Origin: Bacteroidaceae bacterium
GTDB taxonomy: Bacteria; Bacteroidota; Bacteroidia; Bacteroidales; Bacteroidaceae
NCBI GenBank assembly: GCA_017536765.1
Contig: JAFXGV010000048.1
Location: 3,615 to 67,614 of the forward strand
Direction: 5' to 3'
Length of the DNA stretch: 64,000 nucleotides
Part shown: in pieces, positions 8,531 through 18,273 of the stretch
Layout: the number at the start of each line of letters is the position of its first letter
How positions within the stretch are numbered: the stretch's first letter is position 1
Translations under genes and position numbers: made by a program
The notes under the pieces: model-generated
The model's database searches: none
The model's input: only the letters and a program-made list of their open reading frames with translations
What the model was told of the DNA's origin: nothing

Positions 8531-9766
8531 ATGGATGCAAAACTGAATCATTCGGACCTGTCGGCTCTGCTGGCCAAGCAAGCTGAAATATCGGGTGCAA
8601 AAGCCGAGGCCTTTACAAAGGCATTCTTCGATATTATATTGGAGGGGCTGGAGCAAGACGGTATGGTAAAAATCAATGGCTTGGGAACATTCAAGGTGAC
8701 AGATGTTGCCAGCCGCAGCAGCGTGGATGTGAACACGGGCGAAAAGATAGAGATTAAAGGGCATAAAAAGCTCACATTCCTCCCTGCCGATTCGCTAAAA
8801 GAGAAGGTGAACCAGCCGTTTGCAATGTTCGAACCCGTGGAGATAGACGAGGGTTATGTGGATGACAGCGACGAACCCGCAGCAAACGAAACTGAGGGGG
8901 CACAAGAGGATGCGCCCACGGTGGAAGATACCCCCGTGACTACCCGCGACGAGGAGCCTGCAACGGTTGAAGAAACCACAGCAACTGAGGCGGCGGCTCC
9001 CCAAGAGGCTGTGGAGATACCCGCCATAAAAGAAGAGGAAGAAGAGAAGAAAGAGGAGGAAATGCCTGCTGAGGTGCCCGCTGTTATGGAAACAGCAACA
9101 GAAGAAAAAGAAAAGGAGCCGAAAGAGGTGACTGCCGAAGAGGCACCGGCTACAGCAGAAAGCGAGGAACAAGCAAAAGAAGCAACCGCCGAGTCTGTTG
9201 CAGAAGAAAACACCGCAAGCGAGCAGCCTGCGCACAAAGAGGTAAAGAACAGTTACCCAATTACCGAGCCTGCACCCACAGCAGCAGAACCCGCAGCAAA
9301 GAAAAAAACAGGTATTATATACACCTTATTTATAATTGCAGCAATATTGGTTGCGGTGGTAATCTATTTGCGCCCGCAATTGTTTGGTATTGTGGAAACC
9401 GGTAAAGAAACTGTTACAACGGTAAAAACCACTCCCACAAAAGTGGTGGAAGCTGCAAAACCCGATAGCGTGGAGGTTGTTGCAGAGCAGCCTGCCGAGG
9501 AACCATATACATTTGCTTTGGTCGACGAGCTTGCGGCCAAGAGTGTGGGGGCAATCACACGTGGCGACACATTGCTCTATGTTGCCGATGACACCATTGC
9601 CACACACACCGTGGCTGCCGACGAAACGCTGGTGCGCATATCGCTTAAATATTATGGCGACAAAAGGCTGTGGCCCTACATTGTGCAGTATAACAAACTC
9701 CACAATCCCAATGGGCTGAGCAAGGGTATGGAGCTGCTTATACCTCGTTTGCAGCCTGCAAAATAG
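8531..9766 (+). CDS. HU-like domain / acidic linker / TM helix / LysM domain protein
   Basis: The N-terminal 95 aa are HU-like (GLGTFKVTDVASRSSVDVNTGEKIEIKGHKKLTFLP). An E/A/T/P-rich linker of about 150 aa follows, then a hydrophobic helix (IIYTLFIIAAILVAVVIYL). The C-terminus is LysM-like (HTVAADETLVRISLKYYGDKRLWPYIVQYNKL...GMELLIP). Confidence 0.85.
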   Translation: MDAKLNHSDLSALLAKQAEISGAKAEAFTKAFFDIILEGLEQDGMVKINGLGTFKVTDVASRSSVDVNTGEKIEIKGHKKLTFLPADSLKEKVNQPFAMFEPVEIDEGYVDDSDEPAANETEGAQEDAPTVEDTPVTTRDEEPATVEETTATEAAAPQEAVEIPAIKEEEEEKKEEEMPAEVPAVMETATEEKEKEPKEVTAEEAPATAESEEQAKEATAESVAEENTASEQPAHKEVKNSYPITEPAPTAAEPAAKKKTGIIYTLFIIAAILVAVVIYLRPQLFGIVETGKETVTTVKTTPTKVVEAAKPDSVEVVAEQPAEEPYTFALVDELAAKSVGAITRGDTLLYVADDTIATHTVAADETLVRISLKYYGDKRLWPYIVQYNKLHNPNGLSKGMELLIPRLQPAK

Positions 9767-9849
9767 CTTGTGTGCGTTAAAGTTTCTTTAATGTAACAGT
9801 GCTTAAAGCTCTTTTAACAATATTAACATTAAAGATTAACTTAATGGCG

Positions 9850-9857
9850 TAAATTTG
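9850..9857 (+). promoter_or_regulatory. -7 box candidate (TAaaTTTG) for the bat operon
   Basis: taaatttg lies 32 nt upstream of the moxR ATG at 9889, in a 122-nt AT-rich intergenic region. Confidence 0.35.
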
Positions 9858-9888
9858 GAAAAGAAACAAACAATAAAACAATAGAATT

Positions 9889-10884
9889 ATGAATGGTGCA
9901 ATGGACATCAGAGAACTTAATGAAATGATTGAAAAGCAGAGTGGCTTTGTAACCAATCTGCAAACAGGTATGGACCAGGTGATTGTGGGGCAGAAGCATC
10001 TTGTGGAGTCGCTCCTCATTGGTCTTTTGGCCGATGGTCACATATTGCTCGAAGGCCTCCCCGGTTTGGCAAAAACTTTGGCTATCAAAACTTTGTCGCA
10101 ACTGATTGATGCCGATTTCAGTCGCATACAGTTTACCCCCGACCTCTTGCCTGCCGACGTTATAGGTACAATGGTTTACAGCCAGAAGGATGAGGATTTC
10201 AAGGCAAAGAAGGGCCCCGTTTTTGCAAATTTCGTGCTTGCCGACGAGATTAACCGTGCCCCCGCAAAGGTGCAGAGCGCGTTGCTCGAGGCTATGCAGG
10301 AGCGCCAGGTTACAATAGGCAAGGAGACATTCACACTGCCTTCGCCCTTCCTTGTACTTGCCACACAAAACCCCATAGAGCAAGAGGGTACATATCCGTT
10401 GCCCGAGGCACAGGTGGACCGTTTTATGCTTAAGGTGGTTATCGGCTACCCCGACCTCTCCGAGGAGAAGAAGATTATAAGACAGAACATAAGCGGCGAG
10501 AAGATTACCGTGAAGCCCCTTTTGAAGCCCGAGGAAATTATTGAGGCACGCAAGGTGGTGCGCCAGGTTTATCTCGACGAGAAGATTGAGCAGTACATTG
10601 CCGACATTGTGTTTGCCACACGTTACCCCGACAAGTATGGTATGAAGGATTTGAAGGAGATGATCTCCTTTGGCGGTTCACCCCGTGCATCCATCAATCT
10701 TGCTCTTGCTGCCCGTGCCTATGCGTTCATCAAACGTCGCGGATATGTAATCCCCGAGGATGTGCGTGCCGTGGCACACGACGTGTTGCGCCACCGCATT
10801 GGTTTGAGCTACGAGGCCGAGGCAAGCAACATTTCGGCCGACGAGATTGTAAGCCGCATTTTGAACAATGTTGAAGTACCCTAA
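9889..10884 (+). CDS. MoxR-family AAA+ ATPase
   Basis: Walker A LLEGLPGLAKT, Walker B FVLADEINRA, and the typical MoxR length (331 aa). First gene of the Bat operon. Confidence 0.93.
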   Translation: MNGAMDIRELNEMIEKQSGFVTNLQTGMDQVIVGQKHLVESLLIGLLADGHILLEGLPGLAKTLAIKTLSQLIDADFSRIQFTPDLLPADVIGTMVYSQKDEDFKAKKGPVFANFVLADEINRAPAKVQSALLEAMQERQVTIGKETFTLPSPFLVLATQNPIEQEGTYPLPEAQVDRFMLKVVIGYPDLSEEKKIIRQNISGEKITVKPLLKPEEIIEARKVVRQVYLDEKIEQYIADIVFATRYPDKYGMKDLKEMISFGGSPRASINLALAARAYAFIKRRGYVIPEDVRAVAHDVLRHRIGLSYEAEASNISADEIVSRILNNVEVP

Positions 10885-10893
10885 CAGTATAGT

Positions 10894-11763
10894 ATGGAGA
10901 CGAGTGAACTTATAAAAAAGGTTCGCAAGATTGAGATTAAGACACGCGGCTTGTCTCACAATATCTTTGCCGGACAGTACCATTCGGCCTTCAAAGGGCG
11001 TGGTATGTCGTTCAGCGAGGTGAGGGAGTACCAATATGGCGACGATGTGCGCGACATCGATTGGAACGTTACGGCACGTTTCAACAAACCCTTCGTAAAG
11101 GTGTTTGAGGAGGAGCGCGAGCTCACAGTTATGCTTATGGTGGATGTGTCGCAGAGCCTTGATTTCGGTACCGCAAAGCAGATGAAGCGCGATATGGTTA
11201 CCGAGATTGCCGCTACACTTGCATTTGCAGCAATACAGAACAACGACAAAATTGGTGTCATCTTTTTCTCGGATGTGGTGGAAAAATTCATTCCGCCGCA
11301 GAAGGGCCGACAGCATATTTTGTATATAATAAGGGAGCTCATAAACTTTGAACCGGCAAGCAAGAAAACCGATATAAAGGTGCCGTTGCAGTTCCTCACA
11401 AATGCCATCAAGAAAAGATGCACGGCGTTTATGCTCAGCGACTTTATTGCCGAGCACGACTACAGGAACGCGCTCACCATTGCCAACCGCAAGCACGATG
11501 TTGTGGCCATACGCGTGTATGACCGCCGTTTGATGGAGCTGCCGCAGATAGGTCTTATGAAGATAACAGATGCCGAAAGCGGGCAGGAGATGTACATAGA
11601 CACCTCATCGAGCAAGGTGCAGAAAGCACAGCGCGAGTGGTGGAACGGACACACCGCTGCTATGGAGGAGATTTTCAAGAAGAGCCGTGTGGATTCGGTA
11701 TCGGTGCGCACCGATCAGGATTATGTGAAGGCGTTGATGTCGCTGTTTGCGATGCGTGCCTAA
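10894..11763 (+). CDS. DUF58 domain protein
   Basis: The motif REYQYGDDVRDIDWNVTAR is the DUF58 signature. It follows moxR as in all MoxR-VWA operons. Confidence 0.9.
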   Translation: METSELIKKVRKIEIKTRGLSHNIFAGQYHSAFKGRGMSFSEVREYQYGDDVRDIDWNVTARFNKPFVKVFEEERELTVMLMVDVSQSLDFGTAKQMKRDMVTEIAATLAFAAIQNNDKIGVIFFSDVVEKFIPPQKGRQHILYIIRELINFEPASKKTDIKVPLQFLTNAIKKRCTAFMLSDFIAEHDYRNALTIANRKHDVVAIRVYDRRLMELPQIGLMKITDAESGQEMYIDTSSSKVQKAQREWWNGHTAAMEEIFKKSRVDSVSVRTDQDYVKALMSLFAMRA

Positions 11764-11784
11764 TGCGTAAATATAAATAGGAGA

Positions 11785-12864
11785 ATGAAGAAAACTATAT
11801 TTATAATATCCCTGCTGCTCACAATGTGGGCAGGCGTGGCTGTGGCGCAAGGCAATGTTTCGGTGAATGCCGAAATAGATTCTTGCCAGCGCCTCATAGG
11901 CGAGCAGGCAAGAATTAAACTTAAGGTGGGTGTGGATGCCAACCGCAGAACATTGCTGCCGCAATTCCAAAAGGAGATAGTGGATGGCGTGGAGATTGTG
12001 GAGAAACTGCCCAACGACACACAGCTGCTCAACGATGGAAAGCGCCTGCTTATTACCGAGGAGTATGTGGTGACGTCGTTCGACAGTGCTCTATACGTGA
12101 TTCCCGCATTCGAGGTGTTGGTAGATGGCGAGCCTTTCTATTCGGAGGAGCTTGCTCTTGCCGTGTATATGATGCCGGTGGATACCACAAACCTCGACCA
12201 ATTCTTTCCGCCAAAGGAGATATGGCCTGTGGAACTCACTTGGGACGACTACAAAGCCCCGGTGGGATACTCTGTTTTGTTTATCCTTTTGGCAGCTGTT
12301 CTTGCGTGGGTAACTATAAGATACATAAACAACAAGCCTATAATACGTATAGTAAAGGTTAAACCTAAACTGCCGGCACACGTGGTGGCTTTGAACGAGA
12401 TTCAACGCATAAAGAGCGACGACAGCTGGCGCACAGCAGGCAGCAGCAAGGATTACTACACAGCACTCACCGATGCTTTGCGCGAGTATATGAACGAACG
12501 CTTTGCCTTCAATGCAACCGAGATGACCAGCGCCGAGATTGTGGAGCAGCTGCTTAAGATAAAGGAGAAAGAGAGCTTGCGCGAATTGCGCGAGATACTG
12601 GAAACGGCCGATCTTGTAAAATTTGCGAAATTCAACCCGCCGATGAACGAGAACGACCGCAACCTGCTGAACGCAATAGATTTTGTCAACGAAACCAAGA
12701 TTGCCGACAGCGAGGTGGTGCAGCAACCCACCGAAAAGAGGGTGGTGAACCAGCGCTCCGTGCGCGAGAAAAGGCTGCTCCTGTTATCGGTTGTTCTGCT
12801 ATCGTTGGCAACAGCCACCGTGCTTGCACTGCTCATTTGCGAACTCTATTATTTGTTAAGCTAA
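11785..12864 (+). CDS. membrane protein of the Bat operon (BatD-like N-terminus, DUF4381-like C-terminus)
   Basis: Signal peptide, a mid-protein TM helix (VLFILLAAVLAWVTI) and a C-terminal TM helix. It occupies the position of the unnamed third gene of Bacteroides bat operons. Confidence 0.75.
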   Translation: MKKTIFIISLLLTMWAGVAVAQGNVSVNAEIDSCQRLIGEQARIKLKVGVDANRRTLLPQFQKEIVDGVEIVEKLPNDTQLLNDGKRLLITEEYVVTSFDSALYVIPAFEVLVDGEPFYSEELALAVYMMPVDTTNLDQFFPPKEIWPVELTWDDYKAPVGYSVLFILLAAVLAWVTIRYINNKPIIRIVKVKPKLPAHVVALNEIQRIKSDDSWRTAGSSKDYYTALTDALREYMNERFAFNATEMTSAEIVEQLLKIKEKESLRELREILETADLVKFAKFNPPMNENDRNLLNAIDFVNETKIADSEVVQQPTEKRVVNQRSVREKRLLLLSVVLLSLATATVLALLICELYYLLS

Positions 12865-12877
12865 CAGTGATTGTATT

Positions 12878-13867
12878 ATGTTTTTCTCTAAAATAGGATA
12901 TCTGCTTCTTTTCATACCGCTTGCCGCATACGTGGTGTGGTATGTGCTGAAAGGGCGCAAACTGGAGCCTTCGATGAAGGTTTCCACCGCAGCTCCCTTT
13001 CTCAAGAAGAGTGTAAAAAGCTATAAGAACTATATCATAGACCTGCCGTTTGTGTTGCGTGTCGTTACATTGTCGATGGTAATATTTATGCTTGCACGCC
13101 CGCAAAGCACAAACCGTTGGGAGAATACCGAAGTTGAGGGTATAGATATTATGCTGGCTATGGACGTGTCTACAAGTATGCTTGCAATGGATCTCACGCC
13201 CAACCGCTTAGAGGCCGCCAAGCAGGTGGCTGCCGAGTTTGTGAACAGCCGCCCCAACGACAATATGGGATTGACAATCTTTGCAGGCGAGAGCTTTACA
13301 CAGTGCCCGCTTACGATAGACCACACCGTTATGCTCAATATGCTCAACTCGGTGAAGTGCGACATTGCAGCGCAGGGAATAATTGAGGATGGTACAGCCA
13401 TTGGTATGGGTATCGCAAATGCCGTGAGCCGTTTGAAGGAGAGCAAGGCAAAGTCCAAAGTTATAATTCTGCTCACCGACGGCGCCAACAACCGTGGCGA
13501 AATTTCGCCCGAGGCCGCAGCGGAGATTGCCAAGAAGTTCGGCATAAGAATATACACAATCGGCGTGGGAACAAACGGCACAGCCCCTTATCCCTATGGC
13601 GGCAGAGTGGTGAACGTGCCTGTGGAAATTGACGAAACAACGCTTAACAAAATAGCTACAATAACCGACGGAAACTACTACCGAGCCACCAGCAACTCCA
13701 AACTGAAGGAGGTTTATGAGAAAATCGACAAGCTCGAGCGCACTAAACTGAACGTCAAGGAGTTCAGCACACGCGAAGAGGAGTTCCAGATTTTTGCCAT
13801 AATAGCATTCGTCGCGTTGCTGATGGAAATACTGTTGCGTAATACCATATTAAAGAAGATACCCTGA
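12878..13867 (+). CDS. batA: VWA domain protein BatA
   Basis: N-terminal TM helices, a VWA MIDAS motif (DIMLAMDVSTSM) and a C-terminal TM helix. Operon position supports the call. Confidence 0.9.
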   Translation: MFFSKIGYLLLFIPLAAYVVWYVLKGRKLEPSMKVSTAAPFLKKSVKSYKNYIIDLPFVLRVVTLSMVIFMLARPQSTNRWENTEVEGIDIMLAMDVSTSMLAMDLTPNRLEAAKQVAAEFVNSRPNDNMGLTIFAGESFTQCPLTIDHTVMLNMLNSVKCDIAAQGIIEDGTAIGMGIANAVSRLKESKAKSKVIILLTDGANNRGEISPEAAAEIAKKFGIRIYTIGVGTNGTAPYPYGGRVVNVPVEIDETTLNKIATITDGNYYRATSNSKLKEVYEKIDKLERTKLNVKEFSTREEEFQIFAIIAFVALLMEILLRNTILKKIP

Positions 13868-13880
13868 AACGTATTTGAAT

Positions 13881-14900
13881 ATGAAATTTGCAAGTCCCGA
13901 ATATCTCTATCTGCTGATACTGCTACCCGTGATATTGGCAGTGTATATATACTCAAATTACAGAAGGAACAGGAATTTGAGGCTCTATGGCGATGTGCAG
14001 TTGCTCAAAAGCCTTATGCCCGATGTGTCGGTATATCGCCCGGGGGTGAAATTCTGGCTCTCGTTTGTGGCATTGGCACTTATTGTGGTGGCACTTGCAC
14101 GCCCGCAATTCGGTTCAAAGAAGGAGACAATCACAAGGCAAGGCATTGAGGCTGTGATAGCGCTGGACATTTCGAACTCTATGATGGCGCAGGACATAGC
14201 CCCCAACCGCCTGGAAAAGGCAAAAAAAATAATTTCGCGCCTTATAGACAAGTTTGAGAACGACAAGGTGGGGCTCATTGTGTTTGCAGGCGATGCGTTT
14301 GTGCAGTTGCCCATAACCAACGATTTCATATCGGCAAAAATGTTCCTCGAAACCATTTCGCCTGCGCTTATATCACGCCAGGGAACGGATATCGGCGGAG
14401 CAATAAGCCTTGCAATGAAGAGCTTTACCAACACCGAGGGAGTGGGCAAAGCCATAATACTCATTACCGACGGCGAGAACCACGAGGGTGGTGCCGAAGA
14501 GGCAGCCAAGCTGGCGGCCGACAAGGGTATGAATGTGTATGTGCTGGGAATAGGTTCGTTGGAGGGTGCTCCCATACTTGCCGACGACAGCAACGATTAC
14601 CGCCGCGACAAGGAGGGCAATGTGGTTGTGACCAAGCTGAACGAGCAGATGGCGCAAGCCGTGGCACAGGCCGGCAATGGCGCATATATAAGGGTTGACA
14701 ACACCAATAACGCACAGAAGATTTTGGAGAGTGAGGTGAACAAACTTGCTAAGGCCGATGTGACCACCGAGGTATATACCGAATTCAACGAACAGTTCGA
14801 GTTCATTGCGTGGATTGCCTTTATTCTGCTTGTGATTGAGGCACTTATACTCACAGGAAAGAGCCGCTTTACACGTGGATTCAAGTTGTTTGACAAATAA
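13881..14900 (+). CDS. batB: VWA domain protein BatB
   Basis: MIDAS motif IALDISNSM plus flanking TM helices. Start taken at ATG 13881 (MKFASPEYLYL) rather than the TTG at 13875. Confidence 0.9.
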   Translation: MKFASPEYLYLLILLPVILAVYIYSNYRRNRNLRLYGDVQLLKSLMPDVSVYRPGVKFWLSFVALALIVVALARPQFGSKKETITRQGIEAVIALDISNSMMAQDIAPNRLEKAKKIISRLIDKFENDKVGLIVFAGDAFVQLPITNDFISAKMFLETISPALISRQGTDIGGAISLAMKSFTNTEGVGKAIILITDGENHEGGAEEAAKLAADKGMNVYVLGIGSLEGAPILADDSNDYRRDKEGNVVVTKLNEQMAQAVAQAGNGAYIRVDNTNNAQKILESEVNKLAKADVTTEVYTEFNEQFEFIAWIAFILLVIEALILTGKSRFTRGFKLFDK

Positions 14901-14910
14901 TGTGCACTAT

Positions 14911-15612
14911 ATGACAAAGACAAAATACATATTACTGCTTATTGCAACGCTTATGTGCGTGGGCGCTTCGGCACAGAAAAGCTACCGCGAGCACCTGAGA
15001 AGCGGCAATAAATTTTATGCCGACAGCCTTTACGACAAGGCCGAGGTGGAGTACCGCAAAGCGGTGGAGATTGATCCCAACGGCAGCGAAGCGCTTTACA
15101 ACTTAGGCAACGCGCTTTTGCGCCAGGAGAAAGCGCAGGAGGCTATGGACCAGTTTACTATGGCCGAGAAACGCACCACCGACAAGAAGAACCTTGCAGA
15201 AGTACATCACAATATGGGTGTAATATGCCAGGCATCAAAGGATTATGCCCGTGCCGTGGAGTATTACAAGCAAGCGTTGCGCGAGAATTCCACCGACCAC
15301 GAAACCCGTTACAACCTTGCCGTGGCTATGAAGCAGTTGCAAAACCAGCAGCAACAGCAACAGAACGAGCAGCAGAACGAGAATAAGGAACAGGAGCAGC
15401 AAGAGCAACAACAAGAACAGCAACAAAACCAGCAGGAGCAACAGGAACAACAACAGCAAGAGCAACAGCAGGCTCAGGAAAACGAAGACGAAATGTCCAA
15501 AGAAAATGCCGAACAGTTGTTGGAATCGGCTATGCAAGACGAGAAAGAGGTTCAGGAGAAGGTGAAGAAGATGATGCAGATACGAGGCAAAAAGCTCGAC
15601 AAGGATTGGTAA
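14911..15612 (+). CDS. batC: TPR protein BatC
   Basis: Signal peptide MTKTKYILLLIATLMCVGASAQ, TPR repeats and a Q/E-rich tail. Start moved to 14911, because the track's start lies inside batB. Confidence 0.85.
   Translation: MTKTKYILLLIATLMCVGASAQKSYREHLRSGNKFYADSLYDKAEVEYRKAVEIDPNGSEALYNLGNALLRQEKAQEAMDQFTMAEKRTTDKKNLAEVHHNMGVICQASKDYARAVEYYKQALRENSTDHETRYNLAVAMKQLQNQQQQQQNEQQNENKEQEQQEQQQEQQQNQQEQQEQQQQEQQQAQENEDEMSKENAEQLLESAMQDEKEVQEKVKKMMQIRGKKLDKDW
15334..15492 (+). repeat. CAG/CAA/GAG/GAA trinucleotide low-complexity tract (poly-Q/E in BatC)
   Basis: Encodes QLQNQQQQQQNEQQNENKEQEQQEQQQEQQQNQQEQQEQQQQEQQQAQENEDE. The antisense frame gives the poly-Leu ORF 15235-15537. Confidence 0.9.
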
Positions 15613-15665
15613 CCCACCCTCTGTATTAAATGGGAAAACAGGTAAAAATTGAAACGAATATATAG

Positions 15666-17495
15666 ATGAAGAAATTAGTTCTTACAATATCGATATTGCT
15701 TTTGGCAGTGCCGGCCCTTTTTGCCGACGATGTTACATTTGAAGCAACCGCTCCCAAGGCTGTGGTTGTGAACCAGCAATTCCAACTCAAATATATCATA
15801 AATACGCACAAAGCAAAGGAGCCCCGCCTGCCGGCAATTGAGGGCTTCTCAATTATTGCGGGCCCTTTCCGTTCGCAGCAATCGAGCACACAAATCATAA
15901 ACGGGCAGGTGACCTCGAGCAACACCTTGGTGTTTACATATACGCTCACTGCCGACAAAGAGGGTGAATATAAGATTGCGGGTGCCACAGCCAACATAAA
16001 CGGCAAGGACTACACATCGAACCCTGTAACAATAAAGGTTCTGCCACCCGACCAGGCAAGTGCCGCACAGAGCAGTGCACGCAGGCAACGTGGCAGCCGC
16101 TCGAGCCGTGCGGCCGATCCCACAAACATTGCTGCCGACGACCTCTTTATGACCGCTACGCTGAACAAGACCAAGGTGTTCGAGCAAGAGGCCGTTCTCC
16201 TTTCGTTCAAGGTCTATTCGGCTGTGAACCTCACATCGCTCAACGGAAAAATTCCCGACCTCAAAGGGTTCCAGATACAGGAGGTGGAGTTGCCGCACAA
16301 CAAGGAGTGGGGCCTGGAGCACTACAAAGGACGTAATTATCGCACCATATTGTGGCAGCAATATGTGCTGTTCCCGCAACAGAGTGGCGAAATAGAGATA
16401 CCATCGGCCGCATTTGAGGGCACGGTGGCAGTGCAGACACGCTCATACGATCCGTTCGATTTCTTTGGCGGTGGCGGTTATGTGGATGTGAAAAAGGAGT
16501 TGCGCACCCCCAAACTCAAACTCAATGTACAGAAGTTGCCCGATGGCAAGCCCTCCGATTTTTCGGGTGGCGTGGGCAGTTTCAAGCTCACATCATCGTT
16601 GAGCAGCAGCGACATTAAGGCCAACGAGGCTGTTACCTTGCGCCTTGTGATTTCGGGAACAGGTAATATGAAACTGATAAAGACACCCGAGGTATCGTTC
16701 CCCGAGGATTTCGAGGTGTATGATCCCAAGGTGGAGAACAAAATATCGTTGCGCACCGACGGATTTTCGGGCAACAAGGTTATAGAGTATCTTGTCATTC
16801 CCCGTTTTGGTGGCGAATATACCATACCGGCCGTTAAATTCTCCTATTTCGACATAGCGAGCAAACAGTACAAAACCCTTGAAACCCAAAGCTACACTTT
16901 GAGCGTGGAGAAGGGCAAAGAGAGTGCCGGCGGCGCAGTGGCGGCGTATGTGAGCAAAGAGGAACTGAAGCTGTTGGGGCAGGACATACACTACATAAAG
17001 CGAGGCGACGTAACCACTAACCCCGCAGGCAGCTACCTGTTTGCATCCCTCACATATTGGTTGTGGTACATTGTACCGCTGTTGCTGTTTATAGCCTATA
17101 TTATCATTTACCACAAACAGATGCGTGAGAACGCCAACATTGCGGCTATGCGCACAAAGAAAGCCAACAAGGTGGCCGTGAAACGCCTGAAGGTGGCAAG
17201 CAAACTGCTGAAGGAGAACAAGAAGAATGAGTTCTACGACGAGATTCTGAAAACCCTTTGGGGATATATGAGCGACAAGTTGAGCATCCCCGTGTCGCAG
17301 CTGTCCAAGGAGAACATAGCAGCCGAGCTTGAGGAAAAGGGCGTGGGCGAGGAACTTGTAAAGGAGCTTCACGACGTGCTGAACGAAGGCGAGTTTGCAC
17401 GCTACGCACCCGGTGATGCCGGTGCAGCTATGGACAAGGTCTATAATATGGCCATTGAGATTATAAGTAAAATGGAGAACTCTATAAAAAGATAA
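15666..17495 (+). CDS. batD: BatD (oxygen tolerance) protein
   Basis: 609 aa, with a signal peptide, repeated beta-rich BatD-type domains and a TM helix near residue 470 (YWLWYIVPLLLFIAYIII). Operon position supports the call. Confidence 0.87.
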   Translation: MKKLVLTISILLLAVPALFADDVTFEATAPKAVVVNQQFQLKYIINTHKAKEPRLPAIEGFSIIAGPFRSQQSSTQIINGQVTSSNTLVFTYTLTADKEGEYKIAGATANINGKDYTSNPVTIKVLPPDQASAAQSSARRQRGSRSSRAADPTNIAADDLFMTATLNKTKVFEQEAVLLSFKVYSAVNLTSLNGKIPDLKGFQIQEVELPHNKEWGLEHYKGRNYRTILWQQYVLFPQQSGEIEIPSAAFEGTVAVQTRSYDPFDFFGGGGYVDVKKELRTPKLKLNVQKLPDGKPSDFSGGVGSFKLTSSLSSSDIKANEAVTLRLVISGTGNMKLIKTPEVSFPEDFEVYDPKVENKISLRTDGFSGNKVIEYLVIPRFGGEYTIPAVKFSYFDIASKQYKTLETQSYTLSVEKGKESAGGAVAAYVSKEELKLLGQDIHYIKRGDVTTNPAGSYLFASLTYWLWYIVPLLLFIAYIIIYHKQMRENANIAAMRTKKANKVAVKRLKVASKLLKENKKNEFYDEILKTLWGYMSDKLSIPVSQLSKENIAAELEEKGVGEELVKELHDVLNEGEFARYAPGDAGAAMDKVYNMAIEIISKMENSIKR

Positions 17496-17499
17496 TTAT

Positions 17500-18267
17500 A
17501 TGAGAGTAGTAACCTATATATTGTTATTTATTCTTCCTTGCCTTGCCGTGGCACAGGGCAGCGAAGCTGTTATAGCACATACCAAAGCGGCAGGCGACAG
17601 CCTATACATAAGCAACGACTATGCCGGTGCAATAACGGCATATGAGCATATAATTGCAACAGAGGGCGAGGCGGCCGATATCTACTACAACTTAGGTAAC
17701 GCCTATTACAAGAGCGACGAGATAGCCAAAGCCATCCTCAACTACGAAAGAGCGCTTTTGCTTGCCCCCAACGATGAGGATATAAAATTCAACCTCGCGC
17801 TTGCACAGTCGAAGATTGTGGACAAGGTATCGGTGCCTTATAGAATTTTCTTTGCAGTGTGGGTTGAGAATATCATAAACCTTTTTGCAATGGGCACTTG
17901 GGCTGTTGTTGCAATTGCCACGTTCGTGCTTTTGTTGCTTGCGGTGCTGCTCTTTTTGTTCAGCAACAGGATTGGGGCAAGAAAAACAGGCTTCATATTT
18001 GCCGTTCTTATGTTTGTGATTACTATATTTGCAAATGTTGCAGCCTGGCACCACTACGACAAGATGACCAACCGCACCGGAGCCATTATTATGCAACCGA
18101 GCGTGACGGCAAAGAGCACACCCGACAATTCGGGAACCGACCTGTTTGTAATACACGAGGGGCGCAAGGTGAACATAACCGACGACACTATGAAGGGGTG
18201 GAAGGAAATTGAACTCGAAGACGGAACAATGGGGTGGGTGCCCGCAGCTGTTTTGGAAAAGATATAA
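17500..18267 (+). CDS. batE: BatE (TPR plus SH3-like C-terminus)
   Basis: TPR segment (YYNLGNAYYKSDEIAKAILNYERALLLAPND), two TM helices and an SH3b-like end (GWKEIELEDGTMGWVPAAVLEKI). Confidence 0.85.
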   Translation: MRVVTYILLFILPCLAVAQGSEAVIAHTKAAGDSLYISNDYAGAITAYEHIIATEGEAADIYYNLGNAYYKSDEIAKAILNYERALLLAPNDEDIKFNLALAQSKIVDKVSVPYRIFFAVWVENIINLFAMGTWAVVAIATFVLLLLAVLLFLFSNRIGARKTGFIFAVLMFVITIFANVAAWHHYDKMTNRTGAIIMQPSVTAKSTPDNSGTDLFVIHEGRKVNITDDTMKGWKEIELEDGTMGWVPAAVLEKI

Positions 18268-18273
18268 ACTGCA

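Noticed and set aside
8795-9237. Two Cys/Leu/Phe- or Ser-rich minus-strand ORFs (146 and 127 aa)
   Set aside because: They are shadow frames of the GAA/GAG/GCA-rich acidic linker of the HU-LysM gene.
10678-11496. 272-aa minus-strand ORF
   Set aside because: It is antisense to the moxR/DUF58 genes of the Bat operon.
15235-15537. Poly-leucine ORF (100 aa, minus strand)
   Set aside because: It is the antisense reading of the CAG/CAA repeat tract in batC, not a membrane protein.
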